Assembly (NCBI RefSeq): GCF_964213995.1
Contig: NW_027590628.1
Location: forward strand, 1 to 63,790
Length of the DNA stretch: 63,790 bases
Reading direction: 5' to 3'
From: Mustelus asterias
Taxonomy: Eukaryota
Positions 13,749 to 26,825 of the stretch are shown here, one piece after another. Positions within the stretch are counted from its first letter, which is position 1; each line of letters starts with the position of its first letter. Made by a program: the position numbers and the translations under genes. Below the pieces are notes generated by a model. It saw only the letters and a list, made by a program, of their open reading frames with translations, did no database searches and had not been told where the DNA came from.

Positions 13749-16699
13749 CTCTCTGGCTCCATCTTCCTTTGTGTCTCTTTAAACCTTTAATCAACAAAAA
13801 CTGTGTTATTGTAAACAGGGAGACAGGAATATGGCATCGCTCATTTCAATGCAGAGTACATGAGAGAGAGGGAAAGAAACAGCTGTGGACAGAGACAACG
13901 AGTGAGAAAGAGAGGGGACAGGGACAAGGATCTAGACAGGAACATCCATCTTTACACTGAGTGAGAGAGACAGGAGCAGAGGGAGAAAAGAGAGGGAGAT
14001 AGTGAAAGGGAGATGGAGGGAGTTGTAGAAACCAATCCCGGGAGGGCGATTTTAAAAAGTGTCCCGAAGGAATCAGCAGCCCCTTCCCAAACTGAAAGAG
14101 GGAGATGAGCAGCTCCTGGAGTCTGAGAGGGAGACAGGGATGGACTGGGGGGTTGTGGATATTTGAATTCAGTTTTAGGAGATTCTGTTTGTAGACTTCT
14201 CTCTCTCTGTTCATGCCTGTTCTGATGTTTCTGAGAGATTGTGTAACTGAGAAGGGGGAATCCTGCGTTTCGGTGAGATTTAATTTCAATGGTTTCTTGT
14301 ATTTAATTAATTTTCTCTCTCTTTTCCCCAAGAATTCATATCTAGTTAGACAATCTCTCAGTAAAATCTGAGAAGGGGAATCCTGGGCTCTTGTGCTATT
14401 TAATTTAAATATTTTCTTGTATTTTAATTAACTATTTTCTCTCTTCTCCCCAGGAATTTGAATTTTGAAGACTGCAACGGGACTCGGAATCCTTGGACAA
14501 GGGGCTTTTCTCCAGAGGAGGATGGATGGACTGAAGCCTGTTCTATAGGCCGCATGTGAGTTGTTGTCTCTTTATTATCCTGATCCAGGTTTAATTTTAA
14601 TCTTGCTTCCTCGGATTCGATTGTGGGGAGGGGGGGGCTGGAGTTTGAAACCCTGGGGTTAAAATATCCCGGCTTTGTAATTAGTCACGAACACGTTAAC
14701 CCTTTGGTGGGTGGCAAAGACTAAATTATGTATGAAACTGTCTATAAGTTTGCTTTAAATCTAAAATAACAGGGGTCGGAGACAGAGCAATGAACCTAAT
14801 TGTTGAATAAAATTCACAGAGGCCTTTACAATTCAGTTTACAGATGTTCAGATTTTCATTTCATCCTCTCCACAGCTTTCCCCCCATTCTGTCTATTTCT
14901 CTCTGCTTTTCTCTCCATTTCCTTCCTCTATCTGCCTCTCTTTATTCTCTCTCTCTCCCTCTTTTTCCCAGGAATTAATATTTAGTTGGACAATCTCTCA
15001 GTAAAACCTGGAAAGGGGCAATCCTGGGATTTTGTGCTGTGTAATTTTCATTCTGGGTGTCCCGGGGGGTTTGATTTCACTGTCTCAGCCCCTCTCTGCC
15101 TCACTCTCTCTCTCTCTCTGTATAAACTTTTCCCAAATTACAAAACACTCAACACAGCTGACTGCACCTTGTGGGATCTTGCTGGGGATTTTGTTTTAAA
15201 AAGGGGTGTTTTCTCAGAGGCAGTTTAAACCTTTCAGGGGACTGCGGGGAAGTCTCCAGACTTGGGACAACACACACACAGGGTTGGGGGCTGGGGGTGG
15301 CGGGCGGGGAGGTGGGCAGTCAGGTATACTGGTATTCTGGGAGACTGATATTCCCAACAAGGGCCAGAGGTCTCAGTGCTGAAACATATTAAACTGTTCA
15401 AACAGAGGCAGGCAGAAAGCCATGAGGCTTCAGAGCTCCCTGTAGATGCAAAGGTAACTCTGTCAAAAAGTAGCCACATGTGAAGTGGAAACACCTTCCC
15501 TCAGCTTGTTACACACTGACCTTTCCACAACCCCAACATGTTTACAAACACTCGCTGCAGTTTCTGCAAACTTTGTATCAAACTGCCCCCCACTCTGCTC
15601 AATACTGACCCCCTCTCAACCTGGCACTGAACTAGTGTCTGAATTGAGACAGAGACACACAGACAGAGGTTTTAAAATTGAAAGTTTTAAAGTTTGATTA
15701 TTAGTGTCACAAGTAAGGCTTACATTAACACTGCAATGAAGTTACTGAGAGAGACAGAGACACACAGAGACAGAGACATAGATAAAGAGACAGAAAGAGA
15801 CAGAGAGGATATTTAAAGTTTTAAAGTTTGTTTATTCGTGTCACAAGTAAGGCTTACATTAACGCTGCAGTTACTGAGAGAGACAGAAAGAGAGAGTTTT
15901 TAAAGTTGAAAGATTTAAAGTTTATTTCTTAGTGTCACAAGGCTTACATTAACACTGCAATGAAGTTAGTGAGAAAGACAGAGATAGAGGGAGCATCCAG
16001 AGTGGGTTCAGTAACACATTTATTGATCAGATATCTCTCTCTGTGACTCTTTAGCGATGAGATATTCAGCCAGGATGGTTTCACTGACCCTCTTCAGCAG
16101 GCAGATATTCCCAAATCCAGCCCAGGTCTCAGACACACACATCACTCACACATTCCCTCTGCTCTGTCCAAGGGAATATTTTAATCCAGGAATTTCTATT
16201 TTATATTTACAGGGTGAGGGGGGGGGAGAAACTCAACTCAAAAATCCTGCAGTCTCTCCAAGCTGCTTTTAAATTTCAATTCAAACCCTGGGCCACATGG
16301 GAAGCTGCAGAGATTGGGAAACTTACCAAACCCAGTTTGTGTGTGTGAGTGTCTGCAGCTTTTGTGTCTTTGAACTTGCGAGGGTGCCAGGGGGAGAATG
16401 TCACTGTCTTCACCTCTCTCTCTGCCTCTCTGTATAAAAAAAATCACCAAATTAAACCACACTCAATAATGCGACCATACACAATTAATTATCAAATATC
16501 TGTCTCTCTCGCTTTGTCTCTGTCTCTCCCCGTCTCTCTCTCTCCCCGTCTCTCTCTCTCCCTGTCTCTTCTCGAGCAGAAACAGATGGAGACAGAGAGG
16601 CAGGGAGAGAGAGGAAGAGGGAGGGATGGAAACAGCTGGAGTTGTGGATTAGATGCAGGGGGAGACACACAGGCTGTTAGAGGGAGGGGGGGTTTCAGT

Positions 16700-17535
16700 G
16701 AGGGACAGGGTCTCCAGTTTAATTCTGAGGGTCCTGAGAGGGGGATTTCACTGTCTCAGCCCCTCTCTGGCTCCCTCACTCTGTATAAACAATTCCCAAA
16801 TTTTAAAAATGCTCAACACAGCTGACTGCACTTTGTGGGATCTTGCTGTGCACCACAGGGATTTTAGTTTTAAAAAGGGTTACTTTTAAGAGGGAGTTCC
16901 GGCCTTTCTGGAGATTTGGGATGATGCAGACACACACACACAGACACACACAGGGTAGTGAGTGGGGAAGGGGGCTCACAGCAGGCAAGAGAGTGGGGGA
17001 GGGGTGGGGGGAGGACTGTGTCCCATCTGATTCAGGTTCACATTGCTGCTGCTACTGTGGGATCTTGCTGTGCACACACTGGGCCTGTGGCCTTTGCCTG
17101 CACAGCAACAGCGCCCACACTTTTTATTTTCAAACAAAATCTGGCTCAGGGACCGCAAAGTGGGTTCAAGGAAAAAGCTTGAAAAGGGGTCGGGTAAATT
17201 CAAGCACTTTAATCACCGAGGCATCGTAGGCTCTTGAGCAAGTGCTGGGGAATGGGAGGAGGATAGATTGGGATTTGATGGCCAGCATGGAGCTGGTGGG
17301 CCGAAGGGCCTGTTTCTGTGCTGTGTGACTCCAGATTCTTTTCTCTCTCTCTTTTCCCAGGAATTTCTATTTGGATGGGGGGGGGGGGTATAGAATTTCT
17401 CTGTCTCTCCAGTGTTCTTACCAATCCCAGCACCCCTCCCCTCCCCTCTCTCTCTCCCCAGACATTCCTGTCTATATTTCATCTTTCAATAAAATGTTTA
17501 AGAAAACACCAATGTGAATTGTTGTCAATTTAATT
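16700..17535. repeat. Local segmental duplicate (partner ~22600-23450; partial copy ~15055-15230)
   Basis: Colinear near-identical text, e.g. GAGGACTGTGTCCCATCTGATTCAGGTTCACATTG at ~17011 and ~22931. Confidence 0.9.
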
Positions 17536-19561
17536 TGGGAAGAGAGAGCGAGAGAGAGAGAGAGGAGTGGATCCCATTTCCCACACACTCTCCTGCAGTC
17601 CTCACCCACAACATTTATTTAATCTGGCCCTCACCAGGTTGTGTGTGTGGGATCTTGCTGTGCACACAGGTGGGTCTGGCTCCCTATTCCTCGCACTGTG
17701 ACCGTGAGCAGAACTTTAAACAGGAAAGATTGAGGGGAAGGAGAAGGGTTGGGGAGGCGGAGGAGGCAGAGAGAGAGATAGAGAAATGGAGGGAGAGCTA
17801 AACAGAGAGGGGGTGGGGGAGGTGTGAGAGGGTCTCAGGAGGGGCAGGGGGAAAGAGACACAGAGTCTGGGGGTGTCCTCCTCCGCTGTGGGACTGGCAG
17901 TGGGATCTTGCTGTGCAGAATTACCTTCATTGTCATTTGAATCATTCATTCATTGACTAAGGGAGGGTGGGTGTGTGATTGTGGGATTATAAATATTGTT
18001 ACCACTCTGAGGTGATGTTTCCCTCTGCGCTATTTTGTAACCCCCTAAAGGGATACACCTCGCCTCGTAATCTTAAATAAGTATGTGTGAGAGACAGGAG
18101 GAAGCGACTGGTTTTAGACATTCAATCCCTACAGTGCAGAAGGAGGTCATTCGGCCCATCTAGTCTGTACCGACCACAATCCCACCCAGGCCCTATTCCC
18201 ATGACCCCACACTTTTAACCTGCTAATCCCCCTGACACTGGGGTCAATTTAACACGGCCAATCCACCGAACCCGCACAGCTTTGGACTGTGGGAGAAATT
18301 GGTAAATTAAAGCAAGATCTGACACTCTCTCCATCAGGAACAACCAAACAGGTCTTTAATTTAGACTGGGTGACAACCTTATTAAAACAATGAACAAACT
18401 GAATAAACTCCCCAGTAGAATGCTGTTCCAAGGACAAGACTCACTCAGGAATAATGAAATAAATCATTACAGAATAGAGTCACCCTCGAATAACCAGGCG
18501 TCTGTTGGAAGTGTGAACTTGCTTCTGCTGCTTGGGTCTGGAATACTTTCTGAGTTGGTTTCTGCTTCTATTTAGATGGTGATGTGATGAAGCTGTATAT
18601 ATTACTGCAGGATTCAGTATCAGACTCTCCCCCCTTCAATCTAAAGAGGCAGCAAGGTCGCTCCCTCCCCGTTATTTCCCCCTGTCCCGGGTTTAAATAC
18701 CCAGAATTTCCTCACAGTATTCCTGCAATTTGAGTGGCTTGAGGCTGTCACCAACGCCCCAATTTGAATGCAATTGGTTGTGTGCGTTTGAGAGCTTGTT
18801 TTAAAATCATTGGTCCAGTTCAAAGCCTGTTTTGCTCTGCTGGGACTCTGGCTGCTGCTTTGGACACAAATGTTGTAAAGTTGTGTTCTGCAGCCTGCTT
18901 TCTGCAGTTTAAAATCCCCAGCACAGAGACACAGGCTTTCTAAAGACACAACGCTGGATGGTTCGTTTTGGTTTTCTCAGCATTTCTTTTCAATATTTAC
19001 ATTTGTCAAACACCACATTTTTAACCTGATATACGCAACTTCATAACAATATTAGACAGGGAGAGAGAGATCGGGAGAGACAGAGAGAAAGTCACACAAA
19101 GAGAGAGAGAGAGACAGGGAGACAGAGAGAGAGAGAAAGTCACATGGAGGAATGAGGATGGGGCCTGGATGGGAATGTGGTTGGTGTAGACCTGATGGGC
19201 CGAATGGCCTCCTTCTGTACTGTAGGATTCTGTGATTCTGTAATGGGGGCTGCGTGCGGTGTGAGGGGAGGGTGGAAGGGGACAGGGGGTGGGGGCAGCA
19301 CTGGTTCCCTTTTCCCCCCTCCCTCCTCCCAGGCCCTGTCCGGGAGGTTTCGGGGCTGGAGGGGATTGTTCTGGTGAACTGCCTGGGGCCTGGGGAACCT
19401 GTTCTTTGTCCAGGATGTATAATGCAGCCTCTGTGACCAGGCCTCAATCCCAGGCCTAACCTCAGGAAGGCTTTTGCATTTTGCTCCTTTTCCAAACAGT
19501 GCCTGTGTTTAAATCGATGGGACTCGACGGTCGAATAAAACCTGCAGCAGCCACTTTAATA

Positions 19562-20012
19562 CAAAGAACAGCACAGCACAGGAACAGGTCCTTTGGCCCT
19601 CCAAGCCTGCGCCGATCATGTTTACCTATCGAGACCAATGGCCTGTATCCCTCTCTACCCCGTTTGTTCATGTGTCTATCCAGATAAGTCTTAAATGTCA
19701 CTAATGTATCTGCCCCAACCACCTCACTTGGCAGCGCATTCCAGGCCCCCACCACCCTCTGTGTAAAAACCTTCCCCGCACATCTCCACTCAACCTTTCC
19801 CCCCTTATCTTGAACTTGTTCCCCCTTGTAATTATCATTTCTGTCCTGGCAAAAAGCTCCCAACTGTTTATCCTCGCCACACCCCTCATAATTTTATAAA
19901 CTTCCAGCTGGTCGTCCCTCAGCCTCCGTCTTTCCAGGGAGAACAATCCCAGTTTATTCAATCAATCCTCACAGCCAATACCCTCCATACCAGGCAACAT
20001 CCTGGTCAACCC
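19562..20012 (-). mobile_element. CR1 LINE 3' fragment
   Basis: Minus-strand LGLFSLERRRLRDDQLEVYKIMRG and FTQRVVGAWNALP match the ORF2 C-terminus of the intact CR1 at 50-53 kb. Confidence 0.9.
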
Positions 20013-20019
20013 TTTCATT

Positions 20020-21500
20020 GGATTTGGGATGTGATTGTGGGTTTTCCTGCTATATCTCTTTCTCTTCAATCTTTCTCCCGTGATTGTGAGTTATCAGGGA
20101 GGGAGAGAGAGAGAAAGGGATGGTAACAGAGAGAGAGAGAGAGAGAGGGCAAAGGCAGAGGGGCAGGGAGAGGAGAGAGATTGGAGGGGAGTGGGTTAGA
20201 GGGGGGGGTGGGGGGGAGCCTCCGCTGTGCACTCACAGCCCAGCCAGCTCCCCAGTCTCTGGTTAGGTGCATTAATCCACTCTGGTGCATTAACAGGCGC
20301 CAGAGTGTGGCGACTAGGAGAATTTCACAGTAACTTCATTGCAGTGTTAATGTAAGCCTTACTTGTGACTAAGAAATAAACTTTACTTTATACTTTACTC
20401 TGAGATAAAGACCCTCACTCACAGCCTCCCAGAAGGTGGGATTTAGAAACAGCGACTGTGTAACTGAGGCTGAATCTGTGCTGTTGTGTTTGAAAATATA
20501 TTTTCCTCATATTTGATGTGTTGTAAAGATATTGGAATCTGGCTGCTGCCACATTGCAGTGAGAGAGAGATCTGGCTTTGCAGGAGGAGCTTCCCTCCCC
20601 ATTTCCCCATGGAAATCACTGAGAAATAGCAAACGTGGCCCACAACACGTCATTATTTGAAACGGTCAGACAGAAACTTATCAGAGAGAGCATTTTAATC
20701 CCCATTCATCCCCAGACGGAGAAACAGAGCAGAGATCAGGACAGATTATCCAGAGTAGGAGAGACCGGGGCAGAGATGGGGTTTGGATATATATAGATCT
20801 GGGGGGAAAGCAAAAGAGACACAGAGGGGGCTGGACAGGTTCAGAGATAGAGGGAGAGAGAAACAGCGAGAGAAAGAGGGAATCAGAGAGAGGTGGGACT
20901 CTGCTCGAAGTGGAAGGTTCCCTGTTCAGATCGAATGTACTAACAGCACCAATGCTGGAGTGACTTATTATTTTCATTTGGGGTGGGGGAGAGATGGAGG
21001 GGAGAGAGAGGGAGACGTGTGGTTCCCTCATTTCCCACTCACTTCACCCCAATCCTCACTTCAAAATCACTTTGTATCTGGCCCTGTTCAAGCTGTGTGT
21101 GGGATCTTGCTGTGCACTCATGCTCTGTCCCCCTGCCCCATATTCCTCACACTATGACAGAGCCCCATGCTTTAAACATGAAAAGATGGAGGGGAAGGCG
21201 GGTGGGGTAGAGAGAGAGGAACAGAGAATGGGTGGGGAGTGTGGGGGGGCTCAGTGGAGGGGGGTAGGGGGATAGAGACAGAGGCTCTGGGGGTGGGGGG
21301 GGGGGGTGTCCTCCTGCAGTGTGGGACTCCCTGTGGGATCCTGATTGCAGCATTCCCAGTCTCTCTCCCTCTCACTGTGAAGCACTCGGGAGGGAGAGGG
21401 AGCTGAAATTCAAATTCCTGAGCCTGGGGGAAAGGCTTGTTCTCAATCCCAGAGTCCTGCTTGTGTTTTTAGACAGGGCGCTGGGATCTGTGGGTGTGGC
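20020..21500. repeat. Local segmental duplicate (partner ~23610-24930; internal part repeated again at ~21790-22160)
   Basis: Near-identical ORF translations MGHVCYFSVISMGKWGG... and MDIYRSGGKAKETQRG... at both loci. Confidence 0.92.
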
Positions 21501-24500
21501 TTTCTAAAGACACAACGCTGGATGGTTCGTTTTGGTTTTCTCAGCATTTCTTTTCAATATTTACATTTCTCAAACACCACATCTTTAACCTTATATATGC
21601 AGCTTCATAACCATATTACAGAGAGACAGAGAGAAAGAGACAGAGAGGGGGGGAGAGAGAGAAAGGGAGAGAGAGACAGAGAGGGGAGAGTGAGGGAGAG
21701 CAGGAAAGGGCAGCAAGAGGTGAGGTTTGTGGGGGGTGCAGTGAGGGGGTGGGGGAAGAGACACAGGATCTGGGGGTCTCTCGTGTGGAGGGAGAGAGAG
21801 GGAGACGTGTGGTTCCCTCATTTCCCACTCACTTTACCCCAATCCTCATTTAAAAATCACTTTGTATCTGGCCCTGCTCAGACTGTGTGTGTGGGATCTT
21901 GCTGTGCCCTCATGCTCTGTCCCCCCTCCTCCCCTCCTCATATTTCCCGCACCGTGACGGCGCCCCACATTTTAAACATGAAAAGATGGAGGGGAAGGAG
22001 GGTGGGGTAGAGAGAGGAACAGAGAAGGGGTGGGGAGTGTGGGGGGGCTCAGTGGAGGGGGGTAGGGGGACAGAGACAGAGGCTCTGGGGGTGGGGGGGT
22101 GTCCTCCTGCAGTGTGGGACTCCCTGTGGGATCCTGATTGCAGCATTCCCAGTCTCTGAGAGAGAAAGAGAAAGACAGGGAGGGAGGGAGAAAGAGAGAG
22201 AGAGGGAAAGACAGAGAGAGAGAGAGAGAGAGAGAAAGAGGGGGAAAGACAGTGAGAGAGAGAGAGACAGGCAGGGATAAAGAGAGAGAGAAACAGTGTG
22301 AGGGAGAGAGAGAGAAAGATGGAGGGAGTGGGAGAGAGAGAAAGATGGACGGAGAGAGAGAGAGAAAGGCAGACAGGGAGTGAGAGAGAAAGATGGAGGG
22401 AGTGGGAGAGAGAGAGGGGGAAAACTGGAAAAGAAAGCAAGAGGTGAGGTTTGTGGGGGTGCAGTGGGTGAGGTGCAGTGAGGGGGTGGGGGAAGAGACA
22501 CAGGATCACAGTGACCCGAGCCGGGAATTGAACCCGGGTCCCTGGAGCTGTGAGGCAGCAGCGCCAACCACTGTGCCCCCGTGTGGCCCTACACGTTATG
22601 ATTCAATTCTGAGGGTCCCGGGGCGAGGGGGGGGGGTGGATTTCACTGCCTCAGCCCCTCTCTGCCTCACTCTCCCTCTGTATAAACATTTCCCAAATTA
22701 AAACACACAACACAGCGAACTGCACCTTCTGGGATCTTCCAGAGCACCACAGAGATTGTGTTTTAAAAAGGGTTTGGCTTCGTTTTAAGAGGGAGTTCAA
22801 CCCTTTCTGAAAATTTGGGATGAGACACACACAAACACACAGACAGATACACACACAGACACACACACACACAGGGTAGTGAGTGGGGAAGGGGGCTCAC
22901 AGCAGGCGAGAGTGTTGGGGGTGTGTTGGGGAGGACTGTGTCCCATCTGATTCAGGTTCACATTGTTGCTGCTGCTGTTGTGGGATCTTGCTGTGCACAC
23001 ACTGGGCCTGTGGCCTTTGCTCGCACTGCAACAGCGACCACACTTTATTAAACAAAATCTCGCTCACGGACCGCAAAGTGGGTTCAAAGGAAAGAAAGTG
23101 GAAACGGGGGTCGGGTAAATTAAAGCACTTAAATCACCGAGGCATCGTAGGCTGTGCAGCAAGTGCTGGGGAATGGGGGGAGTATAGATTGGGATTTGAC
23201 GGCCAGCATAGACCTGGTGGGCCGAAGGGCCTGTTTCTGTGCTGTGTGACTCCAGATTCTCCTCTCTCTTTTCCCAGGAATTTCTATTTGGATGGAGGGT
23301 TCATAATTTCCCTGTCTCTGTCTCTCCAGCGTTCTTCCCAATCTCTGCACCCCTCCCCTCTCTCTCTCCCCAGACATTCCTGTCTATATTTCACCTTTCA
23401 ATCAAATGTGAAGGAAAACACCAATGTTAATTTTTTTGATTTAATTTCAGGGAGGGAAAGACAGAGAGAGAGAAAGAGAGAGACAGGGAGGGAGGGAAAG
23501 ACAGACAGAGACAGAGAAAGACAGGGAGGGGGGGAAGGAGAGAAAGACAGAGAGAGAGAGAGAGAAAGGCAGCCGAATAAAACCAGCAGCAGCCGCTTTA
23601 ATCCATCGGATTGGGGATGTGATTGTGGGTTTTCCTGCTGTATCTCTCTCTCCCATCTTTCTCCTTTGATTGTGAGTTATCAGGGAGGGAGAGAGAAAGG
23701 GAGGGTAACAGAGGGAGATCAAAGGCAGAGGGGCAGGGAGAGGAGACACACTGGAGGGGGGCTGGGTTAGGGGGGGGGGGTCCTCTGCTCTGCACTCACA
23801 GCCCAGCTCCCCAGTCTCTGGGGGAAAAGACCCTCACTCACACCCTCCCAGAAGGTGGGATTTGTAACCAGCGGCTGTGTGACTGAGGCTGAATCTGTGC
23901 TGTTGTGTTTGAAAAGATTTTTTCCCAATATAAAGATATTGGAATCTGGCTGCTGCCACATTGCAGTGAGAGAGAGATCTGGCTTTGCAGGAGGAGCTTC
24001 CCTCCCCATTTCCCCATGGAAATCACTGAGAAATAGCAAACGTGGCCCACAACACGTCATTATTTGAAACGGTCAGACAGAAACTTATCAGAGAGAGCAT
24101 TTTAATCCCCATTCATCCCCAGACGGGGAAACAGAGCAGAGATCAGGACAGATTATCCAGAGTAGGAGAGACCGGGGCAGAGATGGGGTTTGGATATATA
24201 TAGATCTGGGGGGAAAGCAAAAGAGACACAGAGGGGGCTGGACAGGTTCAGAGATAGAGGCAGAGAAACAGGCAGAGAGAAAGAAACAGCGAGAGACAGA
24301 GGGAATGGGAGAGAGAGGTGTGACTGTGCTCGAAGTGGAAGGTTCCCTGTTCATATTGAATGTACAAACAGCCCCAATCCTGGAGTGACTTGTCATTATT
24401 TTTATTTGGGGTGGGGGAAGAGATGGAGGGGGGGAGCGAGGGAGAGAGAGGGAGAAGTGTGGTTCCCTCATTGCCCACTCACTTTAGCCCAATCCTCACT

Positions 24501-26786
24501 TAAAAATCACTTTGTATCTAGCCCTGCTCAGACTGTGTGTGGGATCTTGCTGTGCCCTCCTCCCCGCCCCATATTCCCTGCACTGTGACAGCGCCCCACA
24601 CTTTAAACATGAAAAGATGGAGAGGAAGGAGGGTGGGGTAGAGAGAGAGGAACAGAGAATGGGTGGGGAGTGTGGGGGGGCTCAGTGGAGGGGGGGTAGG
24701 GGGATAGAGACAGAGGCTCTGGGGGTGGGGGGGGTGTCCTCCTGCAGTGTGGGACTCCCTGTGGGATCCTGATTGCAGCATTCCCAGTCTCTCTCTCTCT
24801 CTCACTGTGAAGCACTCGGGAGGGAGAGGGAGCTGAAATTCAAATTCCTGAGCCTGGGGGAAAGGCTTGTTCTCAATCCCAGAGTCCTGCTTGTGTTTTT
24901 AGACAGGGCGCTGGGATTTGTGGGTGTGGATGGAGAAGATTGTTCTGTTTAACTGGGGGGTGGGAGAGAGGGGGGTTTGTTCTTTCTACCGGAGGAATAA
25001 TGCAGCCTCTGTGACTAGGCCTCACTTCACGGCCTAAATCTCAGCAGCACTTTTGCATTCGCTTAATTCCCCAACAGGGTTTAAGTGGCTGAATTCAATG
25101 GTTCAATAAAATGTGAAGCAGCCGCTTCAGGGTGGGATTGTGGATTTTCCAGCTCCCGCCCCCTTCTCATTTCCCTTTTGATTGTGAGTTTTATTTTAAA
25201 CGGTCAGACAGAAACTTAGAGAGAGCATTTCAATCCAGATTCGCCTCGAGATAGAGAAACAGAGCAGAGATCAGGACAGGTTATCCAGAGACAGGAGCAG
25301 AGACGGGGTATTGGACAGATAGAGATCTGGGGGGAAGTGTGTAAGAGACGGAGAGGGAGAAACAGAGTGAGGGGAGAGAGGTGACTGATAGAAGTGGGAA
25401 CTTCATTGGGGCCTCCTGTGTTTTTTCACTGGCCTGTCTCTGGAGTAAAGCCCCCAGAATGCTTTGATGTGTTTAATAAATTCAATATCGGGACAGTCAG
25501 GAGGCAGTTGGAAGTTCATTGCATTTGAAACGTGTTCCCATTTTGTCAGGGTTTAATAATGAGGAGGTGAAAATGAATGTTTCCCCCACCTCCCCCAGTG
25601 AGATTGTGAATTTCAGCAAGTCCTGGGATCTTGCTGTGCCTTTTATTGTTTATAATCAGCTTTTGTTTTGTGTTTAATCAAATTTCACTTTATTTTCTCT
25701 TTCTCTCTTCCAAGGAGAATTCCTTTGGAAACTTTGGCGATGCAGAGAGCGAATAGTTTTGCCGTGAGGAATCCTCGGACAAGAGCTATAACCAGAGAGA
25801 AAAATATTAATAAAAGTCCCCGTGTCTTGGTCGTTCATTTTTATTCACAGATAGACTGGTGGGGCTTTTACACGGAGGGTTAGTGGTCTGTGTGTCAGGG
25901 GGAGGGGGTATTCCCAGTGATCCCTGCTCCAATGTAATCCCAGATTTCAATCCCTCTCCCTGAAGCTCTGTCTGTGCAACTCCCCCATCCTCAGAACTGT
26001 TTCTCCACATCTTTCCAATCCCTGTCTCTCCCCATCCTTTATACCTCAGCCTCTCAAAATGGCAGCATCTTTCTCCCTTTTCTCTCATTCTCTCTATCTT
26101 TCACTCTCTCTCTGAAACTTTGTCACTGTCTTGCCAAAGCCCCACTTTCTATTTATCTCGACATCTCACTTTGTATCTCAGCCTCTCTGCACATCTCTCT
26201 CTCCCTCTCTGTGGATCATTTTATCTCAATCACAGCAGCCTCCTCTCCATCTCTCTCTCGCTCTATCTATCTCTGCTCCCTCTCTGACTCATTCTGTCTG
26301 AAGTACAGCAGCATTCTCTCTATCTCCATCTTTTCACAGTAACTTCATTGCAGTGTTAATGTAAGCCTACTTGTGACGAATAAAATTTGAACTTTAACTC
26401 TGCTTCTCTGTCTTATCTCTCTAGCTATCTGCTTGACTCTCTCTATCTCTCTCTGCTTCCCCCTCTCTCTATCTCTGCCTCCCCCTGACTCAGTCTGTTT
26501 GAATTAAAGTAGCATCCTCTGTCTCTATATCTCTATCTGTTCTCTGCTTCCCTCTCTCTGTGAATCATTGTCTGAATCACAGCAGATTCCTCACTAACTC
26601 CATCTCTATATCTCTGTCTCTTATCTCTGCTCCCTCCCTTCTCTGTGAATCAATGTCTGAATTACAGTCGCATCCTATCTCCATCTCTATATCTCTCTGC
26701 CTCTTATCTCTCTCAGCGTCTTGGTGTTGTAAGACTTCTTACTTTGTTTACCCCAGTCCAACGCCGGCATCTCCACATCATGAGTG

Positions 26787-26825
26787 AGTTATTGTACAGG
26801 CTCCTGATCTCTCTGTTTCACCGTG
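26787..26825 (-). other. 23-bp-spacer RSS of V1
   Basis: Minus strand: CACGGTG (26825-26819), 23 nt, ACAATAACT (26795-26787). Confidence 0.88.

Larger units (their letters stand above)
10880..15050. repeat. Complex tandem array: ~916-bp units built from ~120-bp subunits plus a 102-nt exon-like cassette
   Basis: Cassette GAATTTGAATTTTGAAGACTGC...GGCCGCAT recurs at 11116, 12034, 12949 and 14454 (spacing 918, 915, 1505) with homologous flanks. Confidence 0.93.

Noticed and set aside
19455-19542. J-like segment on minus: GGTTTTATT, 12 nt, CCCATCG ... FGKGAKCKSLPE with a GTTAGG donor
   Set aside because: The heptamer lacks the essential terminal GTG, residues after FGKG do not fit the TKL.V pattern, and the paralogous stretch at ~25030-25125 lacks FGxG.
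22883-23770. 295-aa ORF
   Set aside because: It crosses duplicon, LINE-tail and GA-repeat sequence, the paralogous copy is not open over the same length, and no domain is recognisable.
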